Shown here one piece after another: positions 17,158 to 26,201 of a stretch of 36,728 bases of DNA (position 1 is the stretch's first letter; the number at the start of each line of letters is the position of its first letter). Both the position numbers and the translations under genes were made by a program. Origin of the DNA: Planctomycetota bacterium (GTDB lineage Bacteria; Planctomycetota; PLA2; JAEUHO01); contig JAQBWE010000003.1 in NCBI GenBank assembly GCA_027625315.1, forward strand, positions 1 to 36,728, read 5' to 3'. A model generated the notes under the pieces. That model had not been told where the DNA came from, made no database searches, and worked only from the letters and a program-made list of their open reading frames with translations.

Positions 17158-18300
17158 ATGGATACGGAGCAGGTCACGCGTCGGGTCACATCCGGCCGCA
17201 AGCTGGACATCCTGCTGGGCGCCATCGAGGAAGGCCGGGAGCCCAAGCCGGACTGGATTGATCTCGAGGGCAAGTGCGATCCCGCGAGTCTCTCGGACGC
17301 GGATCTGCGGGCCGTGGTGAGCCGGATGCACGGGTGCGTCCTGCGCGGCTTTCGTGCCAACGAGGTACGGGTCAAGGGCCGCCGCAGGCTCCTTGCCTAC
17401 TGGAAGGCGCTCGCGCAGTCGGGGTTCCACGACTTCGGTGAGGATCGCTGGATGAAGCAGTACGACTCCCCGTTCATCGAGAGCTACGACTATATCTCGG
17501 CGTACCAGGAGGGTGGCATCGACGCCCTCGATCCCTACATGGTGTACTCGTCGGTGCTGGGCACTTGGGAGTACTCGGTTGAGGACTTCATCAGCACGCG
17601 GCTGGGGGAGAGCATCGGCACGATCGTTGAACCGCTCGCGGGCACGGCCGAGTTCTCCTACGCCGGGCACTTTCGTCACCCCGAGCTGAAGTACGTGATG
17701 TTTGACCTTGACCACGAGGCAAAGCAGCACGTCGAGGGCAAGCCGTGGCTGGCGGGGACGGAGCGTGCGTTTCTCATTGGCGACGCGCTCGTCGAGTCGA
17801 CCTGGGAGTCCGTACGCGCAGCCAGCGTCGGGCGCTCGCTCGCCTACATCGGCAAGCAGAGCCAGAACTTCTTCAAGGCCAAGGAGCTGCTTCAGGTCCT
17901 CGAGTGGGGAACGAGGCACGTGGACTACCTCATGCTGGAGGTGTCTGAGCCGTACCTGCTCGACGAAGAGCCGTCCATCGACGACCTCACGCGACCCGAG
18001 CAAAAGGCTGCGGGCTTCCACGTCGCGCTGGATGACGTCGACGACATCATCCCGAACCCGCTTACCAATCGATTGGACTTCTACCTGATCGCGTGGGACG
18101 AAGAGCGGCGGCGCAACCTGTTCTCCTATTGCGACTGGGTCGGCTGGCAGGCGCCCACCTTGACGGCCCTCGCCCGACTGCTCGACCTCGACGTGCGCTA
18201 CTATCACGATGCGAAGCTCGACTTCCTGCCGGTGGAGCTGGATGTCGAGACGTCTGAGGTCCGCTGCAACAACACGTTCATGCTGTTCAGCCGGCGGTAG
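17158..18300 (+). CDS. Hypothetical protein, probable class I SAM-dependent methyltransferase fold
   Basis: Strong coding bias; motif-I-like IVEPLAGTAEF, acidic beta2 end YVMFDLD, and IGDAL. Divergent from the FAS/PKS cluster. Confidence 0.6.
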   Translation: MDTEQVTRRVTSGRKLDILLGAIEEGREPKPDWIDLEGKCDPASLSDADLRAVVSRMHGCVLRGFRANEVRVKGRRRLLAYWKALAQSGFHDFGEDRWMKQYDSPFIESYDYISAYQEGGIDALDPYMVYSSVLGTWEYSVEDFISTRLGESIGTIVEPLAGTAEFSYAGHFRHPELKYVMFDLDHEAKQHVEGKPWLAGTERAFLIGDALVESTWESVRAASVGRSLAYIGKQSQNFFKAKELLQVLEWGTRHVDYLMLEVSEPYLLDEEPSIDDLTRPEQKAAGFHVALDDVDDIIPNPLTNRLDFYLIAWDEERRRNLFSYCDWVGWQAPTLTALARLLDLDVRYYHDAKLDFLPVELDVETSEVRCNNTFMLFSRR

Positions 18301-18421
18301 CGCTCTCAGCCCCGCGTGGAGCCTCGGGCTGGCGGCTCGGGCGACAGCAGGGGCAGGCGTGAATTGGTCGATAGGGCCGTAGCCGCCCCGCCCTGCGGTC
18401 GGGGAGGACTGTGAGCCGCCC

Positions 18422-19288
18422 ATGAACCACGACCCCACCCGTCACACCGCGCGCGTGCCGTTCTCGGCCCGGGCTGTCGTGCGCGGTGCCATGGCGGCCT
18501 ATGACGCCGCCGCGGAGGACATCAGTCGCACGGGCATCCGGCTGGCGGTGCTGCGCGATGTGCTGGGCCTCGCGCCGAACGCGGACCTCGCCGCCGCCGC
18601 CGCGCTTGTTCAGACGCGCATCGGCTCCCGCTTTCAGCTTGATCTCGGGCTGTCCGCTGCCGGCCATGGCCGTGTGCGCAAGGTCGTCGAACTCGTTCGT
18701 CTCGTGCTGGACGGTCCAGGGTCTGATTGGATCGGGCTCGGTTGCACGTTCGTAGAGCCGCTGACCGCTTCGGAGGCGAGTTCCCTGAACCTGCAGCTGC
18801 CCGACGACGACGAGGCCGCCGTGCGCCAGACGGGTCGCTTCGCGGATGGTGGGCGTGCCAGCCTCGATCCGCGGCTTGGTGCGGAGAAGGTGGACCGGCT
18901 GTTCGACGTGCCGGCTGCGACGGCCACGAGTGACCGGACGCCGGACCGAGAGCTCGGTGCCCTACTGCGTCCCAGCGGCGGCGCTTCCGGCGAACCACTC
19001 GTAGGTCAGGTGGCTGACCTGACGGAAGCCAGTGTGCGTCTGGCTGTTCCGGATGCGCTCCGCGAGGCGTGGGGGGGCGGCGGCGGCTGCGTCCCTGATG
19101 TGGCGACGCAATTGCACGCGCGCTTTGGGGACTGGCCCGAACTTGAGCTGTTGGACGCTCGGCAGCGGCTCTGGCATGGCCCTGTGCGCCTAGCGGGCTT
19201 GGAGTTAGGGCCCGACGGGAGCCTCATGCTCAGGTTCGTATTCTCGCGGCGGTTGCCGCCAGTCCTGCTCGAGCGCCTCTGCGCGTAG
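18422..19288 (+). CDS. PilZ domain protein (one canonical and one degenerate PilZ)
   Basis: RHTAR (RxxxR) and DISRTG (DxSxxG); second domain DLTEAS is degenerate; GGAGG upstream. Confidence 0.75.
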   Translation: MNHDPTRHTARVPFSARAVVRGAMAAYDAAAEDISRTGIRLAVLRDVLGLAPNADLAAAAALVQTRIGSRFQLDLGLSAAGHGRVRKVVELVRLVLDGPGSDWIGLGCTFVEPLTASEASSLNLQLPDDDEAAVRQTGRFADGGRASLDPRLGAEKVDRLFDVPAATATSDRTPDRELGALLRPSGGASGEPLVGQVADLTEASVRLAVPDALREAWGGGGGCVPDVATQLHARFGDWPELELLDARQRLWHGPVRLAGLELGPDGSLMLRFVFSRRLPPVLLERLCA

Positions 19289-19326
19289 GCGTCCGGAAGC
19301 ACGCCCAGCCTGCCGCGATCCTGAGG

Positions 19327-20094
19327 CTACTTCTTGCGGGCGGCGGCTTTCTTCTTGGGAGCCGCCTTCTTCTTCGTTGCGGCCTTCTTCGTTGCGGCCT
19401 TCTTCTTGGTCGCAGCGTTCTTCTTCGGGGCCTTGCTCTTCCCCGTCTTGCCGCTGGCGGCCTCGGATACTGCCTCTACCTCCGCGACGGCAGCCTTCTT
19501 GGGCTTCTTCTTGGGAGGGCTCGCCTTCGGCTGGAACTGGTTGCGCAGTTGCTTGTTGCGGCGCCGGGTCGCGTCACGCAGAGCCTTATCGCTGGCCTCA
19601 GCGGCGGCGAGCGCCTCCGCAGAGGGCTGCGTGGCCGCCTCCTTGGGCATGGGCATGGTGTCCCCGTGGTCCAGCGCTGTGATGGCGCGCCCAAGGCGCT
19701 CATCCCAGCCCGCGATCTCAGTAGCGCGCGCATGGGGCCAGGACCGCTCCCGAAGCTGCCGGGAGAGCATCTCAAGGACGGTCAGCTGGTGGCGCAGGGT
19801 CATCCCCGGGATGGTGGCGGCCGGAATGTCAGGCCAGATGCCTGGGTTGCGGGCGGGCGGGACGTCGGGCGGGTAGGGGTCCCCGTAGCCCGGCAGCATG
19901 GGCATGCAGAACGCGTTGTAGGCGGCTTGGCAGCGCCGACACCACTCCTCGCGCTCACTGCCTGAGTGGAACCCCAGCTGGCGCATCTCGCGGCAGATCC
20001 AGACGAGGTAGTCCAAAACGGACCGGATCGTCCGGTCCGGTCGGGCCGTTGAAGTCATTTCGGGCCAAGGTTGCGTGCGCATCGCGGCGTCCAT
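19327..20094 (-). CDS. Hypothetical protein with Lys/Ala-rich histone H1-like C-terminal tail
   Basis: Globular N-terminus followed by KKAAT/KKAAP repeats. Start could be ATG 20094 or 20082. Confidence 0.8.
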   Translation of the reverse strand: MDAAMRTQPWPEMTSTARPDRTIRSVLDYLVWICREMRQLGFHSGSEREEWCRRCQAAYNAFCMPMLPGYGDPYPPDVPPARNPGIWPDIPAATIPGMTLRHQLTVLEMLSRQLRERSWPHARATEIAGWDERLGRAITALDHGDTMPMPKEAATQPSAEALAAAEASDKALRDATRRRNKQLRNQFQPKASPPKKKPKKAAVAEVEAVSEAASGKTGKSKAPKKNAATKKKAATKKAATKKKAAPKKKAAARKK

Positions 20095-20320
20095 TTCCTC
20101 CCGGGGCGGCAGGATGTGCAATCGCGGGGCGAATTGCAAGGTCTGGATTGCCGTCGCCCAGCGAGCCCAAGCCCTTGGGGGGTGGGGGGTTGCGTCGCCG
20201 GGGCGGATGGGCAGGCCGGGGGGTGGCCGCGAAGTGGGCGCGAGGAGTCTGCGGGGCTATGGTGCCGTGGTCCCCCGGGGTCCGCGTTACCGGCCCCATC
20301 CTCCTTAGGTGTCGAGTGTC

Positions 20321-21004
20321 ATGAGCCAGCTTCCTTTTACGGGCCCTAGTGGGTCCGTCAGCCCGGCCGAGAACGAGGTGCCCCTGTTGGAGGGCGTCCC
20401 CGGACGGGGCGCACTCGGAGAGCCGGCCAGCGAGCCCGTCCAGCCCGACGCGGGCTCGGCCCCGGAGGCCTCCGTGCGAGTGCACCTGGCCGTGGGCGGC
20501 GTGGGGTTGCGCTTCGCGGGGCGTCGCACGTTCTTCGACCGCCATGTGGGTCCGCTGATCGAAGCGGCTTACCGGCGCGCCGGCGGTCTCCCGACCGACG
20601 CGGAGCAGTGCCCGGCGGCCGACCCTCTGCAGGCAGCGGCCTCGCCCGCGGGGCTCGGATCGGTAGTGCCTTCACCGGTGGTGCCCGAGCTGCCGACGTT
20701 CAAGCCCAGCGCCCCGGCTCGTTTCCAGCAGTACGCCGGGCAGGTGGGCGCCAACGCCGGGACCGTCGACCAGCGCATCATGGCGTTCGCGTTCTATCTG
20801 TGGAACTACGAGCGCGAGGACACGTTCGATTCGGACGCGATCGTCGCGTTCTTCCGGACCGTGCACGAGGAGCCGCCCGAGAACTTGCCGGAGCTCCTGC
20901 AGGGGCTGTGTGACAGCAAGCGCTGGCTGGAGCCCGCCGGTGCCGCCTGGCGCATGACGACCAAGGGCGTCAACTACGTCAAGAATCGCCTACTGGGCGA
21001 GTGA
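20321..21004 (+). CDS. Hypothetical protein, possible C-terminal winged-helix domain
   Basis: Coding-like ORF with a Pro/Ala linker; the C-terminus (...WLEPAGAAWRMTTKGVNYV) resembles wHTH wing endings. Confidence 0.65.
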   Translation: MSQLPFTGPSGSVSPAENEVPLLEGVPGRGALGEPASEPVQPDAGSAPEASVRVHLAVGGVGLRFAGRRTFFDRHVGPLIEAAYRRAGGLPTDAEQCPAADPLQAAASPAGLGSVVPSPVVPELPTFKPSAPARFQQYAGQVGANAGTVDQRIMAFAFYLWNYEREDTFDSDAIVAFFRTVHEEPPENLPELLQGLCDSKRWLEPAGAAWRMTTKGVNYVKNRLLGE

Positions 21005-21029
21005 TGCGCTCCCGCCCTTGGCGGTGGCT

Positions 21030-21110
21030 GCCCGCCCTGGGCGGCAAGTCAAGTAGAGTCAGCCCGCCCTGGGCGGCAAGTCAAGTAGAGTCAGCCCGCC
21101 CTGGGCGGCA
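21030..21110. repeat. 32-bp direct tandem repeat (2.5 copies) with palindromic core CCGCCC-T-GGGCGG
   Basis: GCCCGCCCTGGGCGGCAAGTCAAGTAGAGTCA at 21030-21061 and 21062-21093, partial copy 21094-21110, degenerate core at 21011-21024; lies between convergent genes. Confidence 0.95.
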
Positions 21111-21123
21111 GGCAGATATCGCG

Positions 21124-21783
21124 TCAGCTCTTCTTGGCCTTCTTCTTGGCCTCGCGGATCAGCACCAGGCCGCCGTTCGGGCCGGGCATGGCACCCTTGA
21201 CGTAGAGCAAGCCGCGCTCCGCGTCGACGCGCAAGATCTTGAGGTTCTGGACCGTTGTGCGCGTGTTGCCGTGCTGGCCACCCATGCGCGTGCCAGGCAG
21301 CGTGTGCTGCGGCTTGCGCGAGCCGATCGAGCCGGCGTGGCGATAGAAGAAGTGCGCGCCGTGCGACTCCTTGAGCGTCTTGAACTTGTGGCGCTTGATG
21401 ACGCCCGTGAACCCGCGACCCTTCATGGTGGCGATCACGTCAACGAAATCGCCCTCAGCAAAGATGTCGCACGTGATCTTGTCACCAACGGCCGGGGTGT
21501 CGTCGCCGGCCTCGTAGAGCCGGATCTCGCGCACGTGGCGGAAGTTGGTGCCGCCCGACTTCTTGAAGTGACCCTGCATCGGCTGCGTGACGAGTTTCTC
21601 ACGCTTCTCTTCGTAGCCGATCTGGATGGCGTCGTAGCCCTCATCCGCAGCCGTCTTGCGCTGCAGGACGGTGCAGGGGCCAGCCTCGACCACGGTGCAG
21701 GCGACGGCGTCGCCGTCTTCCTGGAACACGCGGGTCATCCCGACCTTCTTGCCGAGGATGCCGCGCTTGACGATTGCCGCCAT
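21124..21783 (-). CDS. rplC: 50S ribosomal protein L3, stand-alone and divergent
   Basis: GILGKKVGMTRVF, GYDAIQIG, KGRGFTGVIKRH, SHG...GSIG, TVQNL, VKGAMPG; GGAGA RBS before ATG 21783. Confidence 0.97.
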   Translation of the reverse strand: MAAIVKRGILGKKVGMTRVFQEDGDAVACTVVEAGPCTVLQRKTAADEGYDAIQIGYEEKREKLVTQPMQGHFKKSGGTNFRHVREIRLYEAGDDTPAVGDKITCDIFAEGDFVDVIATMKGRGFTGVIKRHKFKTLKESHGAHFFYRHAGSIGSRKPQHTLPGTRMGGQHGNTRTTVQNLKILRVDAERGLLYVKGAMPGPNGGLVLIREAKKKAKKS

Positions 21784-21858
21784 GGGAGTCTCCAAATGGA
21801 TGGGACGTCGCGTGCCGTAGGGCCGGAGTGGTCCCGAGAAATTGTGGCGAAGGGGCGA

Positions 21859-21886
21859 ACAATAGGGCCCCGCCGGCCAGGGTCAA
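21859..21886 (-). promoter_or_regulatory. Sigma70-type promoter of rplC
   Basis: TTGACC (21886-21881)-N16-TATTGT (21864-21859) on the minus strand. Confidence 0.65.
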
Positions 21887-21931
21887 GCCCGGCGCAGGCC
21901 CCCTGGAACCGTCTGGAGCGCCCAGCGGGGC

Positions 21932-21957
21932 GGAACAACCAGCCCCCTGCGAGCGTA
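21932..21957 (+). promoter_or_regulatory. ECF sigma factor-type promoter
   Basis: GGAAC-N17-CGTA ending 9 nt before the GTG at 21967; matches common ECF consensus (AAC in -35, CGT in -10). Confidence 0.6.
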
Positions 21958-21966
21958 GTTCCGGCA

Positions 21967-22461
21967 GTGAGCACACACCCCAACCGGCCTGAGTCCGCCC
22001 GCAGACACACGCATGCTCGTGGCGCAGCCGCGAATGGTCAACCGGCCGACTTACAGGCCTCCGAGCAGGGCGTGGCGGCTTGGTTCGGGCGGCTAGAGCG
22101 CGTGCAAGCCCCCACGGGCCTGCGGGCTCGTGTCCTTGCTCAAGGCCCGCTCGCAGGGGCCGAGCAGGCCTCAGGGTCGCGTCTTGGCAGCAGGCTCCGT
22201 CTGCTGAGCGACAGGGTGCCCTTTGGCGCCTGGGGGCTGGCCAGTGCGGCTGCGCTCCTGCTCGCCTTGGGCGCTGCCGTGACCCTGGAACTCACGGAGA
22301 CACCCGGGAGCGCGTCGGCACCGATCAGCGCTGATTTGCGGCCCCTGGCCGGTGACTACTCAATCACCGAGGATGCCACCTTGGCGCTGTACCACGGCGT
22401 CGAGACCTTCGATGAGGTCGGGCTCGCGCCCGGTGAGCTGATCGCGGACTGGGGTCGCTAG
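21967..22461 (+). CDS. Single-pass membrane protein, putative anti-sigma factor (RseA/MucA-like)
   Basis: APTGLRARVLA motif followed by a TM segment (WGLASAAALLLALGAAV), typical of anti-sigma factors; directly upstream of an RseB-like gene. Start GTG is inferred. Confidence 0.55.
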   Translation: MSTHPNRPESARRHTHARGAAANGQPADLQASEQGVAAWFGRLERVQAPTGLRARVLAQGPLAGAEQASGSRLGSRLRLLSDRVPFGAWGLASAAALLLALGAAVTLELTETPGSASAPISADLRPLAGDYSITEDATLALYHGVETFDEVGLAPGELIADWGR

Positions 22462-22591
22462 CCCGCGCGTAGCCTCCGTCCGTCCGAAGGACGAGAACTC
22501 CGCCCAAGCCGCGCACCTCGGGGCTACCCTCGCAGTGGGACGCATGGCGCCCTGCCGCGCGTTTCCCACTCCGATTGAGGATCTCCGCCCC

Positions 22592-23857
22592 ATGAACCGC
22601 TCCTGTTCGCAGGGTCGCCATCGCCCGCCGGTCCGCGTAGGCTCTGCGGCCTCTGGACAGGCTGCTGGTGCGATCCTGTTCGCCTGCGTGCTCGCGGCGA
22701 TCGCCGTGGGGGGCTGGCTCTGGCTGACCGACCGTGAGGCACGGCTGGAAGCCGGGGCGGTACACGGCGCGACACCGCAGCCCGGCCGCGCCGACAAGTG
22801 GACAAGTCAGCTTGGCCGGTTCCTGGAGCAGGGCCCGGAGCCGGGCAGCTGGCAGACGCGCTCGTTGTCGTGCCTCTACACGCACTACCTCGCACCGCAT
22901 CCGCGCAAGCCGGACGTCGTGTTGATCGCCCAGGTCGGGCCGGAGGGCAGCGCACCGCCGCGCGCGGTCTCGCGCTGGCTGGTGCCGCGCTTCTTCTTCC
23001 GGGCACCCGCGCACCTGTTCTTCAGCAACTACGTGCGCACCGAGGGGCCGATCTCAGAAGAGATCGACGACGGCACGCGCTGCTGGCGTGTGCACTGGGG
23101 GCCGCGGGATCAAGTGGAGGGTCTGACGGAGCGCATCGTCTGGTTCGCCCAGGTGGGTGGCGAAGTCGTCCAGGTCGAGGACCGAGCCCGCAACGGCCAA
23201 GTGATTCGTAGCGTGCGTCGCCTGGCGCGCGACACGGGTTCCTGGGACCCGGCTGAGTTCGATCCAGCCACGCTGGAGCACATCGAGAGCGAGCCGCCGG
23301 ATCCGAGCGTCGACCCGGAGCGCACGCTGGCTGACCTGGCGACGAAGGCCTCGTTTGACGTGTACGCCCCGCGCTATCTCCCGCCCGGCTTCGTGCTCGT
23401 ACGCTCGACCTTCGACGTTCGCGATGCCGCGACGATGCCCGCCAGCGCCAACCCGGCTTCGCCCGAGCGCGCGACGGCACCGGTCCAGTTGCTCTCGCAG
23501 CTCTATAGCGACGGGCTGGGGCTCATCTCGGTCGGTGTGGCGCTCACGCGCGACATGGATGCGATCGAGAGCCTCACGGATGGCATGACCGAACTCAATA
23601 GCCCTACGCCTTGTCCCGGCCTGCCGGCGGAGCCGCGGGACGTGCGTCACGAAGGCGCCACAGTGCGCATGCGGACTGACAGCTGTCGGACCGTCCTGCG
23701 GCGCGACGACCTCACCGGCGTTAGCGTGACGATCATCGGGCGCAACGAGATTGGCCCGGATGAGTACCTGCGCATGATGGCCAGCCTCCAGCGCTTGGCT
23801 CGCGGGGACGGCGGCGCGCGAAAATCCGGTGGTGACCGGAAGGGAACGGACCGATGA
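22592..23857 (+). CDS. MucB/RseB-like periplasmic regulator
   Basis: N-terminal membrane anchor; C-terminal PRYLPPGF...QLYSDGLGLISV matches the RseB/MucB C-domain motif (WLPxGF...YSDGL..xSV). Confidence 0.7.
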   Translation: MNRSCSQGRHRPPVRVGSAASGQAAGAILFACVLAAIAVGGWLWLTDREARLEAGAVHGATPQPGRADKWTSQLGRFLEQGPEPGSWQTRSLSCLYTHYLAPHPRKPDVVLIAQVGPEGSAPPRAVSRWLVPRFFFRAPAHLFFSNYVRTEGPISEEIDDGTRCWRVHWGPRDQVEGLTERIVWFAQVGGEVVQVEDRARNGQVIRSVRRLARDTGSWDPAEFDPATLEHIESEPPDPSVDPERTLADLATKASFDVYAPRYLPPGFVLVRSTFDVRDAATMPASANPASPERATAPVQLLSQLYSDGLGLISVGVALTRDMDAIESLTDGMTELNSPTPCPGLPAEPRDVRHEGATVRMRTDSCRTVLRRDDLTGVSVTIIGRNEIGPDEYLRMMASLQRLARGDGGARKSGGDRKGTDR

Positions 23858-23959
23858 CCCTTCGAGGGTAGAGAATGCTGTCGTGGTGCAACGTGTGCGG
23901 TGATCCGCCTGCGGCGCACAGCCCGCCGACCTGCCCAATCAGAACCCCGGAAGCCAGAC

Positions 23960-25405
23960 GTGTACCGCCTGTTTCTCGCCCTCCGCTATCTGCGCAGCCG
24001 CCTGGTGAATCTGATCTCCGTGGGCGGGGTCATGGCCGGCGTGGCCGTTTTGATCATCGTCATGTGCATCATGGACGGCTTCCAGGCGCGGGTACGCAAG
24101 CACGTCCGGGGCAGCCTCAGCCACATCATCTTGACGCCGACGACGGGCCAGCAAGCGCCGCCGACCTTTGCCCGCCTCGAGCAGGCGCTGAAGGCGGGGG
24201 AGAGCCACGTGGTCGCCGCGGCGCCGCAGATCCGCTACCCGATCTTCTACGAGTACCAGACGCAGCGGCAGGTCGCGTACGGCGGTGACGGCTTCACTTG
24301 GTGGCAGATGGAGGCGGTCGGGGTCGACTGGGAGGCTGAGCGACGCGTCTCGGAGCTCGCCGATGGCCTGCTGGCCTGTCGCGACCCTGAGCGACCGTTC
24401 TTCGTGAGCCGCGAGGCCGAGGCGCGCGGCAAGACGACCCTGCTTGTGAGCCGGACGTTTGTCGAGCGGTTTGCGCTGACGCCATACGACGACAACGGCG
24501 CAGCGCGCTATCCGTATGGCGCGATGCGGGACGACCGAACCGGGGCCCGGCTGGAAGACGACGCGACCATTCGCGAACGAGCTGAGACGCTCATCGGCCA
24601 GGAACTGCAGCTGCTCTACGGGACGGCCCTCAAGGATGAAGCCGGCAATCCGCGCTTTGATCCGAGCACGCCCATTGCCTTGATCGCCGGCGTCTACGAC
24701 AGCGGGGACTCCCTGGAGGACCTCAAGACGGTGTTCATGGACATCGAGCAGGTGCGCGGGATGTTGCCGCACCGCCTCGACCATTCGACGAATCCGCCCG
24801 GACGGCACCCCCCGGCTGAGTACCTTCAGGTGAACGTCCGGCTTGATGACTTCGAGCATGCGGATCTCGTAAGAGGACGGCTCGAAGAACGTCTTGGCCA
24901 CGCCTTCATCGTCGAGACGTGGGAGGACCAGAAGGCGGACTTCCTCCGCGCGGTCGAGCAGGAGAAGGTTCTGCTCGTGATCGTGCTCTCGTTCATCGTC
25001 ATGCTGAGCGGCTTCATCATTCTTGCGACCCTGACGCTCACGGTGGTCGAGAAGACGCGCGACATCGGCATCGTGGCTGCGCTGGGTGCAAGCCGAACGG
25101 GTATCCTGTCGATCTTCCTGTTCAACGGGTTGCTGATCGGGATTCTTGGATCGCTGCTGGGCCTGGGGCTCGGTGCGTGGTTCACGGCGAACGTGGACGT
25201 CGTGAAGGACTTTCTGCACGACTGGTTCGGCATCGACATCTTCCCGCCCAACATCTACCACTTCCGCTCGATCCCCACGGTGTGGCATTGGCCGTCCGTG
25301 CTCAAGGTCATGGGAGGCAGCGTGCTCATGTCGTTCGTCGCAGGGCTGCTGCCGGCGATGCGCGCGGCGCGACTCGACCCCATTAAGTCGTTGCGCTATG
25401 AGTGA
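23960..25405 (+). CDS. Lipoprotein-releasing ABC transporter permease (LolC/E family)
   Basis: YRLFLALRYL, GVAVLIIVMCIMDGF, VVEKTRDIGIVAALGA, PAMRAARLDPIKSLRYE; GTG start at 23960. Confidence 0.92.
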   Translation: MYRLFLALRYLRSRLVNLISVGGVMAGVAVLIIVMCIMDGFQARVRKHVRGSLSHIILTPTTGQQAPPTFARLEQALKAGESHVVAAAPQIRYPIFYEYQTQRQVAYGGDGFTWWQMEAVGVDWEAERRVSELADGLLACRDPERPFFVSREAEARGKTTLLVSRTFVERFALTPYDDNGAARYPYGAMRDDRTGARLEDDATIRERAETLIGQELQLLYGTALKDEAGNPRFDPSTPIALIAGVYDSGDSLEDLKTVFMDIEQVRGMLPHRLDHSTNPPGRHPPAEYLQVNVRLDDFEHADLVRGRLEERLGHAFIVETWEDQKADFLRAVEQEKVLLVIVLSFIVMLSGFIILATLTLTVVEKTRDIGIVAALGASRTGILSIFLFNGLLIGILGSLLGLGLGAWFTANVDVVKDFLHDWFGIDIFPPNIYHFRSIPTVWHWPSVLKVMGGSVLMSFVAGLLPAMRAARLDPIKSLRYE

Positions 25406-26201
25406 CGCCGAACTGCCCGTCGAGTCGTTGCCTATCCAGCCAGAGCCCCCGGAGTCGAGCTCCCTTGAGCTCGAGCCTCCGATGCTGGAGGGCCGCGGGC
25501 TGGCGAAGTCCTACCGCGTCGGTGGACAGCGACTCGACGTGCTGCGGGGCGTAGACATCGCCGTCCGCGAGGGCGAGATTCTGGCGATCCTGGGCAAGAG
25601 CGGCTGCGGCAAGAGCACGCTGCTGCACGTGCTCGGCTGGCTCGACAGTCCGGATGAGGGCCAGATCCTGTACCGCGGCCGCGACCGCGCCACGGTGGGC
25701 GCCACCGAACGCGCCCAGCTACGCAACACCGCCTTGGGCTTCGTGTTTCAGTTCTACCACCTCCTGCCGGAGCTCACGGCGCTCGAGAACGTCTTGATGC
25801 CTTCGATGATCACCCACGGGGCTCTCACGTGGGGCGCCAACCGCCGAGTGGCACGAGAGCGCGCGGCCGAGCTGGTCGAGCTGGTCGGCCTCACTACGCG
25901 TGCCAAACATCGCCCGCGGCAGCTCTCGGGCGGGGAGCGTCAGCGCGTGGCGATCGCACGGGCTTTGCAGAATCGTCCCGAGTTCCTGTTCTGCGACGAG
26001 CCGACAGGCAACCTCGATGGCCAGACCGCGGAGGACGTGCGCGCCCTGCTTTGGGGCCTGAACGAAACCCAGGGCCAGACGATGGTGATCGTGACGCACG
26101 ACGCCAAGTTGGCCTCGCAGGCGCACCGCATCGTGCACCTGGTCGACGGCCGCATCGTCACCGACCGCGAGCCTGAGCTCGTTGAGCAGGTGGAGCTGTA
26201 G
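25398..26201 (+). CDS. lolD: Lipoprotein-releasing ABC transporter ATPase
   Basis: GKSGCGKST, GFVFQFYHLLPELTALENV (LolD motif), LSGGERQRVAIARAL, DEPTGNLD. Confidence 0.9.
   Translation: MSDAELPVESLPIQPEPPESSSLELEPPMLEGRGLAKSYRVGGQRLDVLRGVDIAVREGEILAILGKSGCGKSTLLHVLGWLDSPDEGQILYRGRDRATVGATERAQLRNTALGFVFQFYHLLPELTALENVLMPSMITHGALTWGANRRVARERAAELVELVGLTTRAKHRPRQLSGGERQRVAIARALQNRPEFLFCDEPTGNLDGQTAEDVRALLWGLNETQGQTMVIVTHDAKLASQAHRIVHLVDGRIVTDREPELVEQVEL

Noticed and set aside
18360-18375. Sigma28-like -10 (GTCGATAG) upstream of the PilZ gene
   Set aside because: No matching -35 element at the expected spacing.
21030-21110. CRISPR array
   Set aside because: The sequences between the palindromic cores are identical rather than unique spacers, there are only 2.5 units, and no cas genes are present.
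21001-21966. N-terminal 322 codons of ORF 21001..22461
   Set aside because: Antisense shadow of rplC plus the repeat; only the part from about GTG 21967 looks like a real protein.
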